Shown: positions 25,195-40,949, numbered from the stretch's first letter. The stretch is 64,000 nt of DNA from the human T2T-CHM13v2.0 reference genome, Homo sapiens (GCF_009914755.1 NC_060930.1); one strand, 5' to 3'. Numbers and translations are program-made. The notes: a model not told the origin generated them from the sequence alone.

Positions 25195-27408
25195 TGAAGC
25201 AATTAGTACTCTTTGTGCACAGTGTTTATTTTGCATAGTCCAGCATAAAACACAGGGCAAATCAGTATCCTTAGCAAGGATCATTGGCCAGATTTTGGAG
25301 AAATCGTTCCAGTTTCCTCAGGTTCTCTATCTTCCTGTGGAAATACCATTTTAATTGTATTCTTTAAAGACTTATGCAAGCCCCCAAGCATCTGTTCAAG
25401 GCAACATCGTTTGAAGCTTTCCATGCTTGCTTCTGTCTTGCATACCAATGAATCTCTGAGGACGAGACCTGACTTGTAAAAGCTTCCAGAATGAAAAATG
25501 ATGGCTGGTGGGAACTTCTAGGTACAGACATAACAGCAACTATTTAAAAAGCACTCTATTCCTCAGATGAAGGCCTAAAATAAGCCGAGGCGGATAAAGT
25601 AGGAGCTGGGTTTGCAAACAATTCAGCATGCCCTGTCTTTCCTGTTCAGCCCAGGCTTCGTGGAAGTGGGTACTTGTAAAGACCCTCCCAGCCCACGAGG
25701 CAAGGATTGGGAGTTATTGTGGTAGAGCAGAGAAAGGTGGCTGGATTGGATTAGGAAATACAGTTTGATCTTTGGAAAGAATGCAGGCCGTATATAATCA
25801 GAGGCTGGGAAGCAGTGGACTATGCATTTTTTAAAGATATTTTCTGGCCTGGGTTGGGCAGACATCTCAATTGTATGGCAAACAAGGATGACCTTAGAGC
25901 TTTGATCCCAGCCTCATTGCTTGCACTAAACCAGTCCTTCCCTTCAGTATTGAAACTTCTAAAACAAAGGGAAACCGCATACCTATAGTGCTGAGATAGC
26001 AGCTGGAGAAACTTAGAAATGGTTTCTGGCCCAGAGGTCAGGTACACACAGGCACTTGGATAGAAACCTTAGATAATATGGGCCCACCCAGGCACACGTT
26101 TCCCCACCCCTTTGTCAACACTCATTGGCATTTTCTTAGGCACTTCCAGTGATCCCACACCTACTGTCCCACAGGTGAGCTGCTATATCTGATAATGGCT
26201 CTGTATGGCTAGAAAACCCATCCCCATGTCTTTCCAAACTCTGCGTTGCTAAACCTTCCACACGTTGGATAAGATTCCATAATTCAAAGTTACCTTGAAG
26301 TCTAATCCTCTTACATATGACCAATGAGCTCTTGCTTTCAATCTTATCACCTCCCTGTTTGTTTTCTTCAGAGAGATATTTCTATAAGTTCTTAATGTTC
26401 CCAACTTAGTTCATGCCACCTATTAAAAGGTGTCCCCAGAGGTTTTAGAAATTATGTATGTTAGAGATTCCCTAACTCCATTAATAGTGTTACTATGTGA
26501 ACAGGACCTCAAGCCAGAATACAATAACAAAGGGCTGTGTAAGCAGCTCCTTTGTGGGCTCTCAAGGCCTCCTGGGATCTGTCCAGCTCCTTTCTGGTTT
26601 TATTATGGTTTTATTCTAGTCATATGCAACCAGTCTCCCCTCTCTAAATGTGCCTGCACTTTCATGCCCCTGTGCCTTCACTCACAATGCTTATTTTCCC
26701 AAGAATAACCACCTGCCTATTCTCTGGTTATGAACTCATCATTCAAGACCACATCAAGAAATAGCAGCAATAACAATAATAACTAACATGTATTGCATGG
26801 GAGGGATCATTGAAGCCTTTTATATGTATCAATTCATTTAATTTTCAAAAACCCTATGAGGTCAGGACTAATACCATATCCCCATTTTACAGGAAATGAA
26901 ATAGGCAAAGAGAGCATAACTCATCCAAGGATAATCAGTAACTGACATATGCAAGATTTAAATTCAAGCAGCCTGACTCCAGAGGCTCTATGTTCCACCA
27001 ATATGACAATATGTTCTTTTGCCTCTAGAAATGCCACCTTTTCTCTGCAGCTTCTCCTTTATATATATATATCTCACACACACACACACACAGACACACA
27101 CACACTCAGACTTAATGTCTCTTCCTCAATAAATTCAGCACTTCATAAAAACACATTCTATCCCACTTATCCCTCTTTATTATACTGATTGTTTACACAT
27201 CTGTTCCTTCCATTAGAAGCTGACTATTAGCTGCTTGGGTACAGAGAGCATATCTTAATAAGTGGTGAACCCTCAGAATCAAATACATAAAAGCTATGTG
27301 TTACTATTATATGGTTATTTAAAACAATTATTGCATTTTTATTCAGAGCCAAGCAATGTGCTGGCACTATAAAGGGATGATGAACAGGGGCACTAATGTT
27401 TTTGCATA

Positions 27409-27410
<2 letters not shown>

Positions 27411-27441
<31 letters not shown>
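27411..27441. repeat. (GT)n microsatellite
   Basis: ~15 GT units. Confidence 0.95.
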
Positions 27442-27444
<3 letters not shown>

Positions 27445-28184
27445 GGAAAAAAAAAGTATTTTCTAGGGAGGACTAAGCTTAGAGTATGAATATGGGTTCC
27501 CCAAAGCAAAACTTCCTTCAACATAACATTTGAGTGGGAGAAACCCAGTCTGATGACTAGCTCACCATTTCTATATCTAAAAGCAAAATCTTCCAGCCAA
27601 CGAGTCTTGCCCACTGACACAGAGCTATCAGTCATACTTCTCATTCCAGCAAGAGACCGATGGAACAGCTAAACCCACCTAGTCAAGAACAGAGTGAATT
27701 GTTTCCAGCAGTCCTGAATAAACAACCTTGTCTTTCATCTTTACATATGAAAGTACAACCTGAGTCATCAGACATCTGTGGAAAATGAGCACGTTGAAGG
27801 AGGTGGTATATACACAGGGAATAATAGACTCAGTGGGAAACATAAGGACTTCAGAAATCACAGAACTCTAAAAAGAATCTAATCAGTCTTCAAGAAGAAA
27901 TTACACCCATAAGATAAAAATAGAATACAATGAAAAAGAACATCAAGTAGTTCAAAATAACAAACAACTAAAAGAATAAGTTGAAAGCATTTCCTGGAAA
28001 GTAAAATAATCCCTCATTTTAAAAATGAAAAACATGAGACAATTGGTAAAGACATACAAGTTCAATCAAGGGGAAAAAGATAACAGAAAACAATAATTGA
28101 GACGAAATTATCAGTAAAATAACAGAAAAAAAATTTCCAAAGATATAGGATACAAAAATCTTCAGACTGAAAATGCCTGCTGAA

Positions 28185-28488
28185 GACTGGGTGTGGTGAC
28201 TCGCACCTGTAATCCCAGCATTTTGGGAGGCTGAGGTGGGCAGATTACTTGAGGTCAGGAGTTCGAGACTAGCCTGGACAACACGGTGAAACAGTCTCCA
28301 CAAAAATACAAAAATTAACCAGGCATGTGGCGTGAGTCTGTAATCCCCAGCCGCTCGGGAGGCTGAGGCAGGAGAATCGCTTGGACCCAGGAATGGAGGT
28401 TGCAGTGAGCAGAGTTTGCCCCACTGCACTCCAGGCTGGTTGCCAGAGTGAGACTCTGTCAAAAACAAACGAACGAACGAGTGAACGC
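28185..28488 (+). mobile_element. AluS whose tail has expanded into a compound STR
   Basis: Alu dimer; TSD-like gaaaatgcctgctg / gaaagagcctgctg bracket the Alu plus STR. Confidence 0.9.
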
Positions 28489-28580
<92 letters not shown>

Positions 28581-28624
28581 AGGAAGGAAGGAAGGAAGGA
28601 AGGAAGGAAGGAAGGAAGGAAGGA

Positions 28625-28664
<40 letters not shown>

Positions 28665-28892
28665 AGGAAAGAAAGAAAGAAAGAAAGAAAGAGAAAGAAA
28701 GAGAAAGAGAGAGACAGAAAGAAAGAAAGAGAAAGAAAGAAAGAAAAAGAAAGAAAGAAAAGAAAGGAAGGAAGGAAGAGAGAGAGAGAAAGAGAGAGAG
28801 AAAGAAAGGAAGGAAGGGAGAGAAAAGAAAGAGAAAAGAAAGGAAGGAAGGAAGGAAAGAGAGAGAGAGAAAGGAAGGAAGGAAGGAAAGAG
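28489..28892 (+). repeat. Compound (AAGA)23-(GGAA)11-(GAAA/GA)n polypurine tract
   Basis: ~400 nt of purines with a single C at ~28715. Confidence 0.97.
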
Positions 28893-29238
28893 CCTGCTGC
28901 ATATTCAGCAATATGAATGGTTGAAAAGAAAATCAGGCATGTTTTTGTGAAATTTTTGGACACAAAAGATGAAAGGATCCAAGAAGCATCCCAGAGAACA
29001 GCAGCCCACCTACAAAATGATAAAAGTCAGACTGGGGAAAGAGCAGGTATGATCTCTGCAAAAGATAGTAAGCAAGGTAACTGATTCTACAGAAAATACA
29101 TGTTCCTCTTATCGACAAGAAAAGAGCAAAGCAATAGAAACTCTGGGAAGAAAATTTTTTAATAAACTGCACAAAGAAATGATGGTTGTGACATGATAGG
29201 GAATAATTGATAGAGCATAAGAAAAGTGAAGCCACTGG

Positions 29239-29558
29239 GGACATGGATGAAGCTGGAAACCATCATTCTCAGCAAACTACCGCAAGGACAAAAAACCAAA
29301 CACCGCATGTTCTCACTCATAGGCAGGAATTGAACAATGAGAACACATGGACACAAGAAGGGGAACATCACACACGAGACTGCTGTGGGGTGGGCGGAAG
29401 GGGGAGGGACAGCATTAGGAGATATACCTAATGCTAAATGACGAGTTAATGGGAGCAGCACACCAACATGGCACATGTATATATATGTAACAAACCTGCA
29501 CGTTGTGCACATGTACCATAGAACTTAACCTATAATTATAAAAAAAAAAAAAAAAAAG
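29239..29558 (+). mobile_element. 5'-truncated young L1PA 3' end, 16-bp TSD
   Basis: gacatggatgaagctggaaacc...atgctaaatgacgagttaatggg...polyA; TSD AAAGTGAAGCCACTGG at 29223-29238 and 29559-29574. Confidence 0.93.
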
Positions 29559-29923
29559 AAAGTGAAGCCACTGGAAACTTGACCTTCCCACTAGACACAC
29601 ATTCTATTTCTGTAGAACAAAACCTGGGACTATTGAACCCACAGAGAAAAAAACAGAATCTTGTCACTTCAATAGTTTTGCAGTGATGATCATTACAAAG
29701 TCAAAATAATGCAAGCTTTTCTTACTTGTTTTCAACTTTCAGAATCAAACTATAGCCAAAAGTCTAAATTATGATTGTAAAATGAACTGTATGTGTGATA
29801 AATCTGATGACATGAAAATGAAGGTAGTGCTAGCAAAATTCAGAAAACAAAATAAAAAAAAATAAGAGGAGATAAAAGTAGGGACACTAATAGCCTCATC
29901 TGGTTTAGTGGAGTCAAGAGTAC

Positions 29924-30285
29924 TGTCTTAGTCTATTTGGGCTGCAGTAACAAAATACTATAGATTGGGTGGCTTATGAAAAACAGACATTTGTTTCTCA
30001 CAGTTCTAGAGGCTGGGAAGTCCAAGATACATCAAGAGCAGATTCAGTGTCTGGTGAGGGCTGCTCTCTGCCTCATCCATGGTGCTTTCTGGCTGTGTCC
30101 TCACTTGGTGGAAGGGGGCACATCTGGTTTCTTTAGCCTCCTATAAGGGCACAAATCTCATTCATAAGGGCTCCACCCTCATGCCCCAGTCACCTCCCAA
30201 AGGCCTCGCCTCCTAATACTATCACAGTAGGGGTTAGGTCTCAACATGTGAATTTTGTGGGTATACAAACAATCAATCTGTAGCA
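29924..30285 (-). mobile_element. MLT1A-type MaLR solo LTR
   Basis: tgtcttagtctatttgggctgc...cacagttctagaggctgggaagtccaagat...tagca. Confidence 0.85.
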
Positions 30286-30462
30286 GTAGCTGGCTGAAGC
30301 TTATAGAAATAAATAACGACTTAAGTTTATAATTTACAACTGTAAAGATAACTCAATGAACTAATTAAAAATAAAACATAACAAACAATGGAAAGAGAAG
30401 AGAGAATAAAATGAGAGGTAGGGAAAGTAAATTTAACCGCCATCTTTAATTGTAAGAAATTA

Positions 30463-30758
30463 GGCTGGGTGAGGTGGCTCACGCCTATAATCCCAGCACT
30501 TTGGAAGGTCGAGGCAGGTTTATCACTTGAGCTCAAGAGTTTGAGGACAGCCTGGGCAACATGGAAAAATCCTGTCTCTACTTAAAGAAAAAAAAAATAC
30601 AAAAATTAGCTGGATGTGGTGGTACATGCCTGTGGTTCCAGCTACTCAGGAGGCTGAGGCAGGAGGATCACTTGAGCCAGGTCGAGGCTGCAGTGAGCCG
30701 AGGTCACACCACTGCACTCCAGCCTGGGCAACAGAGCCAGACCCTGTCTCAAAAAAAG
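30463..30758 (+). mobile_element. AluJ
   Basis: gaggatcacttgagcc...gtcgaggctgcagtgagc. Confidence 0.9.
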
Positions 30759-32844
30759 ATAAATTATTATCTCCATTAATAAATCAAGAAATAGTAAATA
30801 TAGTATTTGAAATTATGGAAGAAGCCACTAGAAGAATTTCAAACAGTAAATGTTAAAAGAGGTTGCCTCTGAGGGGCTGGGGGAAGCCAGGGATAAGGCA
30901 GGATGATTTTTACTCACGTAGTGAAGACTTAAGACCGTCCTAGTCACAGCCCCGGTCCCTGGAGTTCTCAAACAGACTTTAAACTAATTTCTATTGTTTA
31001 GATGCTACAAAAAAAAAAGGACACAAGCATTAACAGATCCTTAAAACAAAATGATTGATTCTAGTTTAAGGTTCTGGGAAAGCCTCAAAGGAAGTGATAT
31101 TTGTGTCTTGAAATATGAGTAGAAGTTAACCAGAATAATCTTGCCTTCATGAGGGATTTGTTCTTTTTTGTGGGAGGTTGCAAGTCAGAGGTAGTAGATG
31201 ATGGGAAGAAAGAGAGAAGAGCTTTCCAGGGAGAGGCAACAGCATGTGCAAACACACAGATCCAAGACTGAGTGAGGCACGTTGAAAAATTGTAAGAAGC
31301 CTGTCCTAGCTGAAGCAGCCCATGAGCCCTGGGGTGAGTGTCTAGAGATGGCAAGGCCAACAAGCCCTGTCACCAAGCCGCACACCTCCAGGAGGCACCA
31401 TTTACAGTGACTACAATGTAAACAACACCTCCTAGAGCTGTGTAGCAGGACTATACTGGGGGAGCAGTCTGTGTAGTTGCAGAGGGTTAGGTTTGCTACA
31501 GAAGGCCAAGATCAGACCAGAGGTGATGGGAGACTTGAGGATCGAAGACAAGAGCTGAGAGCAGCCAGCATGGGGAGAGCAGCAGAGACTGAATCAGAAA
31601 TGAATGCAAAGGGGGCAGAGGAGGGTCCTTGTTCTGTGCCCCAACCCTTAAGGTGTGTTAGCTTTCTCTCCAAGTCCCTGTCTCTACAACATCACCAACT
31701 TCAGAATCAGAGGAATCGTTTCCTTTGCCTTCTGAGAAATGGAAAATGTCAACAAGAAATGTTGGGCTTTTGTCATAATGGGACCTCTAACAAATGTTAC
31801 CCTGTATCTTGCCCCTACACCAATTTTCTATCTGCTCTAGGAAAAAAGGTGAGGTGGGAGAGCCTACCGTCTGTATGTTGCTAGTCAGCCTCTTAAGAGT
31901 ACTGAATGATGAAACAGAACTCAGAAATGGAACAATGCGGAGAAAATAATTGAAATAGCTAAGATGTGTTGAGAGCTTCCTCTTTGCCAAGTAATGTGAC
32001 AAATATCATTATGCATTTTTGCATTTAATATAATTTATCCTTGAAAGGATTCTAAGGATGACTACAGTTACTTTCTCCATTTTACAGATAAGGAAATCTG
32101 GGCTCAGAGAGATGAAGTGAGTCACCCAAGGTGGTCATGCAGCCAGAAAGTGATTCAACTAGTGTTTAAACCCAGGTAGTCTGACTCAAAGCATTCCCTC
32201 CCTGTGAACAGATTCTGTCAGAAAGATTGAGAAAGTAGCTGCAACTCATCTCTGTTTAATATGTCCCAGATTTAACATATCTTTTAGCATAGGGCTCTGC
32301 ATTTTTACATAGGATGCAAAAAAAAATGGGCAAGAAATAATATATATATTATATATATATATTTATTTTACATTTATTATATATGCAATAAAACCACTAC
32401 ATGGGAATTCAGTCTAAACCATTGCAGGCAATAAAAGTAAGATTCCACCGAACTGGAGTGCTGAGCTAATGAAAGATTGGTCCAGAATGCTATTTTTGTC
32501 TTCCCAGAAATTTTATAAGAACAAATCTGTAATCCGCAAGCTCCTTGAAGGTTGGTACCATGACTTACTCATATTTCTCCCCAACACCTAGCACAGCATC
32601 TAATTCACAGGAGAAGCTCAATGAATGTTTGCTGAATTGAGGTGTTTGAGTTGAAGAAACTGCAATAATTGTTCTTAGTAAACAGACCTCCTTGTGACCT
32701 GCACCAATTCATATGATACTGGTAAGAATCATATATTCTCATGCAGCGTGTGAGTGTCTTACATGCTTTGACCTGTCTTAAAATGCATTCACTGGTATTC
32801 CTGGAAAGTGTAAGGTGTTAATCTCCCACAAGAGATGTGTGCAT

Positions 32845-33153
32845 TTTTATTTATTTATTTATTTATTTATTGAGACAGAGTCTTGCTCTATTGCCCAGGC
32901 TGGAATGCAGTGCCATGATCTTGGCTCACTGCAACCTCCGCCTCCTGGGCTCAAGCAATTCTCCTGTCTCAGCCTCCTGAATAACTGGGACTACAGGCAT
33001 CCGCCACCAAGCCCAGCTAATTTTTGTATTTTTAGTAGAGACAGAGTTTCACCATATTGGTAAGGCTGGTCTCAAACTCCTGATCTCAGGTGATCCTACC
33101 ACCTTGGCCTCCCAAAGTGCTGGGATTATAGGCGTGAGCCACCGTGCCCGGCC
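32845..33153 (-). mobile_element. AluS
   Basis: Antisense dimer, (TTTA)n tail, TSD GATGTGTGCATTTTT. Confidence 0.93.
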
Positions 33154-33204
33154 GATGTGTGCATTTTTAACTATGTGAGTACAGCTCAACTCTGATTGAG
33201 GGAG

Positions 33205-33470
33205 GCAGGATAGCCCAGTGGTTAAGCATGCAAGCTCCGGAGTCAGACTATGCATTCAAGTTTTGGCTCTATCATTTTGCAGACTTGCAAAGGTAGAGCA
33301 TTGGCCAAATCACGACAACTCTCTGGGCCTCAGTTTCCTCATCTATCAAGAATGATTAAAAATTTGTACCTACTGGGGTTGCTGTTGAGGATTAAATGAG
33401 TTAACACAGCTAAAGCAATCAGAGCAGTGACTTACACAGAGCTAGCACTTAATAAATGCTAATTGTTACT
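33205..33470 (+). mobile_element. MIR (near full length)
   Basis: gcccagtggttaagcatg...ctctgggcctcagtttcctcatct...gaggattaaatgag. Confidence 0.85.
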
Positions 33471-36318
33471 ATCTGGGGCAAGGCCCATTTAAAACATACC
33501 TGTTTAAGGCTCCAATAGAGGCATAAGTCTCCCAGTTTGCCTGTGAACACATTTGCTTTCACCTCTACAGTCACCCCTACTGTCAGATCTGAAGTGATTT
33601 TGAACTCACCAGACAGGGCACTGACCTTTTCAACATCAAGTTTAATTAAGCCTAGTGAATAGCTAAAGTGTGATGTTTCATGTCTTTCCATGTAGTTCAG
33701 TGAGAAAAATTTATTAACTCATTAAAATGTCGTGCTAGTTATTTTCAGCCTTTCAGAATGACTGTGACTTCCAGCCAGCTATTTATCCCAGAAAAGACCC
33801 AGAATAGAATCTGACTTTATGAACTTCCTAGACCTGAATCTATGTTACCAGATCGTGTTGTTCCAACATTAGGGATCAAAAGCTTCAACGAATATGGTGG
33901 CTGATTTAGACTCACCTGCCTCGGGTGACATTCAAAAGGCTGCTGATGTGTCACGGTGAGGCTGCGCCAGGCTGGCACCAGAGCCTGCTTCTTCCTTCCA
34001 TGGAGTGGAGCTGGCTGAAGAGGTTGGGCAATCCGGGTCCAAGGAGCTGAGTCTCTGCCGTGTATTGACTGTCTTGTTTCCTGCTTGACTTCCTTGTTTC
34101 CTGTCCCCACCTGCCTCACCCTAACTCTTCATTCAAGTTGCAAATGTATATTCTCCTCTGAGGAGGCTTGCTTTTGAGGAAGACAGTAGAAATTCCCCAA
34201 ATTCCCTTTTCAGACCCATCCTGCAAAATATGCCTACCCTAGAGTGTAATAATCCGCACTTTTATTTTTGCTTACTCTTTCTAGTATTTTCTGGTTAAAT
34301 TAGAAGCAGTAGAACATAGTGGCTAATAACATGAGCTGAGAAAGGGTGAATCTAGACTTTTCAATTTACTAGTTGTGTAACTTTAAACCAATTATTTACT
34401 CCATGCCTTACACACTTCATCAATAAAATGGAAGTAATGGTGTCTTCCTCACAGGGCTCTAGTGAATTTTTTTCTTAATCCATGTGAGGGCTTTAGAAGT
34501 ATATCTATCAAGTAAAGAATCACATTCATACTGATATTTTTGTTCTTGCAACTATTTATTGTTCTTGCAGCTAGTTGTTGTCCTCGCCGTTTTTGTTACA
34601 ATCCTCCTAGTGGGCAGGGACTCAGTCACTCACTCCTAGTGCCAAGCAGACATTCGTACTTAATAATGTTCTTTTGATAATGGCTAATAACGGGAATAAG
34701 AATGAGGGAAGAAGATGCCAAATAAGATCTAGGTTTTTAATAAATTAAGGGAGGCAAAAATGATTTCCCTAGCAGCCAAATTTCTAAATGCATTTTCACC
34801 ATCATCTCCAGCTTCCTATTCGTTAATACAATTTCCTGCTTTCAAATATTGAGCACCAAACAGGAAATTAGTTTGAGGATGATGGTCTCCAGCCAAAGAA
34901 AGGAAAGCAATTTCCATGGCAAGTAACCAGACACTTTTTCTAGGATATCCTCGGAAACTGGATGTAAACACCATGGACCTCAAAGTAATCTCAGTGGACC
35001 TTAAAGTTTCACTCCTAGAAATGAAGGGCAAAATTGCACTTCCTCATCTGAATAACCCAAATGATCATCCAAATTTTATCTTCTACCCAGAGACTGCCTG
35101 TCAGAAATGCAAATGCAGAAGGACGTGACACTGCAGCTGGTGGAAAATGGGTGGCTTTCCGGTGGTGACCCCCTCTTTGTGTCAGGGTCACTTGTGCTCA
35201 GGAACAGCAAAGCCAGGATATGGAGCCTGCATTAGACCTGGTTTACTCTCTGGCAGCTGGAGGCATGATGCTCTACATGGCAGAGGGCCCAATAAACCTT
35301 TTATTGATGATGAAGACAATGTATAGATCCTCACACTAACATGATGCCCGAACAGGTATCTGGTTGCCCACTAGTATTTTACCAGAAGCCTAACACCTTG
35401 AGCACTTTATGGATGATGACAATCACAGATAGAAACTTTCCAATGTACCATTCACATCATCTGTGGCTATTCTATGTGGGCTGCATGGGATGGAATCAGC
35501 CATAGTTAAGACTCTAAGGTAGCCATGAAGACAAATTCCCCCAAATTTTACATGTAAACAGTTTTTATGTTCAGTGCTGTGAAGCTTACCAAAGCTAATG
35601 TCAAGATGATTACAGAGCACATAGAATGGGCTTGCTCCATCTTACTCTCATACACACACATACGCCATCATCAATGCCAATACCATTTCCCCTCTCTTTC
35701 TAAGGGACATCCTAAAAATTAATCAGCAGCTTTAGTTAAAAAAAAAAAAGTTATGAACCTAGAAGGTCAAGGTAATATAAGTACAGCAAGACTGAAAAGA
35801 GAGCTCTGAGCAGTATTTTTGTTAATAATGAAAAAGAACAAAGAAAGAAACTGTTCTGGCTCAAAAGTGGGTAGTAGAGAAGCAGAAAGAAGCCAGGGAA
35901 GGTTGCCAGGAGTTTCAAAAGAAGATGCCAAAAAACCAAGTAAGAAAAAAACAAGCTAATAATTATAATATCTCACAGCTGCTGAATGCTTACTTTGTGC
36001 TGAGTGCTGTACATACATTCGGCCTTAAATCCTCACAGGTGGACAAAGTAGCATATTATTATTATTTCTCTTTTACATAAGGAAGAAAACTGCAGCTCAG
36101 AGAGGTTGGAAAAGTTGCCTAAGTCACACAATAAGTGTCGAAGCCAAAACTAAAACCAAGTATCCCTGATGCTGCCTGTGTACTTAAGCACTAGAGACAA
36201 GGGAAGGGACCCGAGATTGAAGAGGAAGAGAGCCAAGGAGGTAGCAGGAGCTGGCAAGGCCAGAGTGGTCTGCGAACAAGGGATTCTGACTCAGGGAACC
36301 TCATAAAAAGTCAAGCTC

Positions 36319-36621
<303 letters not shown>

Positions 36622-37014
36622 TCAACCTCACCCTTGTCTGCTCATGGCATGTATACTACTTGAGTGTTCTTAGAAAGGAGCTGCCTAATGCTTAACCAGA
36701 GATGGCATGTCCAAATCCTACCCACACACCTAGTCTCAGTTCAAATGCTACTTCTTCCACAACATCTTTGCTGATTTCTCAAATGGAAATGGAAATGATC
36801 CCTCTCCTTCCACTGAACATCTTTATTTCTTTAATGCCCTTTAGCACTTTAAGATAGTTATTTAAATCCATGTCACCCATTTCAACAAATATTGGTCATG
36901 CACCATTAGATAGGAAAATGCTGAACTTGTTAATATCCAATGGATATGAAATTCTAGTGATAGATGGCTCACTCTCCTCTAAAGATGTGAGCTCCTCCTT
37001 CATTAAGATTTGGG

Positions 37015-37337
<323 letters not shown>

Positions 37338-37893
37338 TCAGGTCTGCATTTTTCAGTCTTTCTTTCATCTAGCTGGAGCCATGTGGCTGAGGTCTGGCCA
37401 ACCATATGTGGGCAGAAATAATTATACACCTCACCCACGCCTGGCATTTAGGAAGCTCCCCTGTGATTCTGGTCTCCCTCTTTTGCCATCTTCCGGCTGG
37501 ATGTCAACAGGCTGGGCAACCTGGGAGCCATGAGTAAAGTGCCATTGCCCCTGTCAGCCTGGTTCCCTAAATAATTGTGTGGCAATACAGTTCCCCATCC
37601 CTTGCCTCACACTTTATGTGAACACTTTTTTATATTTATATACATTTATATTTTGTTAAACCACTGAAATGTTATAGTTATCTGTTAAAATAAACAAGAG
37701 GCATAAGATTCAGCCACTACTGTGGTAAATTCAGGAGGTATCAGGTCTGCACAGAAACCCTGAGGCCTAGGGCTTTGATAGTTAACACACACAGCAGGGA
37801 TGGACCTCCAGCCTTATTCCCATGCAAGGCAGAGAGTTGGCAAAAAAAGACATGACTGTACACTGGAGATGGACCTTATAAGAATGTACACGT

Positions 37894-38378
<485 letters not shown>

Positions 38379-38553
38379 TCATAAATGTACTGTGTTTATC
38401 AATGGCTCATTATTAAAGAGGGTCTCTGGACTATGGATTTTCACTGCTTTTGCAAGAGAACACTGAGGTGGGAATTCTGTACATGAGCAATAGTACAGGA
38501 GTTTAACAGGTAGTGTTGTTGTGTTGAATCATTGTGTGAATTTAAATGTACTT

Positions 38554-38841
38554 CTTTGAGACGAAGTTTTGGTCTTGTTGCCTAGGCTGGAGTGCAATGG
38601 CGTGATCTCAGCTCACTGAAACCTCCACCTCCCAAGTTCAAGTGATTATCCTGCCTCAGCCTCCCGAGTAGCTGGGATTACAGGCGCCCACCAGCACGCC
38701 CGGCTAATTTTTTGTATTTTTAGTAGAGATGCAGTTTCACCATGTTCGTCAGGCTGTTCTCGAACTCCTGACCTCAGGTGATCCACCCATCTCGGCCTCC
38801 CAAAGTGCTGAGATTTCAAACATGAGCCACTGCGCCTGGCC
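38554..38841 (-). mobile_element. AluS with almost no A tail
   Basis: Antisense dimer; TSD-like ttaaatgtacttctt / ttaactgtacttctt. Confidence 0.92.
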
Positions 38842-39056
38842 TTAACTGTACTTCTTATATATAGGTAGGTTCAATTTTTATATAGTTAATTGTTCTGTGA
38901 TTAATAGGCCATTGAAAAAATGAGTCTTTGTTAATTGTTGGGATTTTTTTTACTCACCTTTGTGACAGGTTCTGGATATCCTTACCCATTTTATATATTC
39001 CATCTGTTATTATAACAAAAACTTCTCAATTTGGGTGTATAAAACTTTCTTTGCTA

Positions 39057-39395
<339 letters not shown>

Positions 39396-39939
39396 AGAGT
39401 TGGTGTCAATTTTTAAGTACGTAAAGTTTCCCATGAAGTATAGTTTCATGTGAATTATTACTTTCATACGTTGCCCTTTACTCTTTGTCATTATTTCTGG
39501 CTGTTATTTGATATTTTACTTTGAATTAAGGACAGAGAACTGTGATAGGAGAATATGTTGTGTCTAACCTGAGGAAGAAAGCATACACTCTCACCATCAA
39601 ATGTAATACTAGTTGTGGGTTTTTAATAAATACCTTAACACAGGTTTTTTAAAGTGAGAAAAAAAGAATATGAGACCCCTCCCTAACATAGGTTCCCTCA
39701 TGCAAGTCAGTTTATGAATGGGGAATTAGAAACAGCCTACTCTCCTAGGCTCCTAGAAACAGCATGGAAACAAGACTTCTTGCTATCCACCCTAGCATCT
39801 TGCTAGTTACAAAAAAAAAAAAATCAATATAAAGTCAAATCCAATTCTATAACATGCAGTTCTCAAACATATACTACCCAAGTAGTTTGGGACTCCAAAA
39901 TCAAAAGAATAGACATAGTATTGGTCTAAGAACCATGAA

Positions 39940-40830
39940 AGCTCTAGGACATTGGCAAAACGAAATGTGAAACCTCCCCAGAAAGACTTCTACAACCCAG
40001 AGTATAAACGTGTCATGCAAGCAAAGAATCCAAAGATAAGCTCACAATGAAAAATGTGCAGGCCATACAAGGAAAGGAATCCTGATGAGAGAAGCTCAGC
40101 AGACACAACAGATGGGAAAATAGGCACTCAAGGGAACAAATATAATTTGCAAAATTGTGGGTATCTATAACTGAATATTTACATATGTTCAAAATTATTA
40201 AAATCATAAAAGAAGGCATAGAAAATGTAATGAAAGAACAAGATCTCTGAACAGACAAAAAAGAAAAAGAAAACCAAATTTGAGAAAACCAAATAGAGCT
40301 TCTAAAAATGAAAACCATAATCATTAATCTTAAAAACAAAATGAAAGAAAAAAACAGCAGATTGGATGCAGCTAAAGAAAGATTTAAGGAACTGAAGAAA
40401 GATCTGAAATAATTACCCATAACCCAGAATAAAGATATAAATGAATAAAAATATAAAAGAAAGACTGAGACTTGGAAAATGAATTAAATATCCTGTATGT
40501 ATCTAAAAAGAGAGGAAGGGGAGAAAAATTGAAATAAGATTGAGGTAATACTTGCAATGATAGTATCTGAGAATTTTCCAGAATTAGGAGAGAGAAAATA
40601 TGAAAAATAGAAATAGCAAAATAGAATGAAGTCAAAATATATGTAAATTGAATTAACTTCCTATATAAAAGACAATGATTCATAGATTAATTTTTTTAAA
40701 TCCAGTTATTTGCCATTTACAAGAGATACTCTTATAATGGTACAGAAAGGTTGAAAGAGAATGAAAAACGTTATGGCTATTCTCACACTAACTGAAAAGC
40801 GCTGTCACAGTAGTAATGATATCCAAAGAA
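39940..40830 (+). mobile_element. Ancient L1M remnant (ORF1 region)
   Basis: A-rich; aaccaaatagagcttctaaaaatgaaa...acagcagattggatgcagctaaagaaagatt; ctgagaattttccagaatt. Confidence 0.65.
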
Positions 40831-40949
40831 AAAACATAGCCCTTTAGCAAGATCACAAAATTTGTCTAGCCCATTGAAATGCAAACTGCTTCTGATTCTC
40901 CTTCCTAACACGAACTGAGAAGAACGCCTATGCCAGATCAATAGCCACA

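Noticed and set aside
28019-28963. Long ORFs of 150-314 aa (FLSF or KERK repeats)
   Set aside because: Artefacts of the GAAA/GGAA microsatellite and Alu; these repeats cannot contain stops
34960-34985. CACCATGGAC RE1-like core (similar at ~19657)
   Set aside because: Lacks the TCAG left half needed for a REST site
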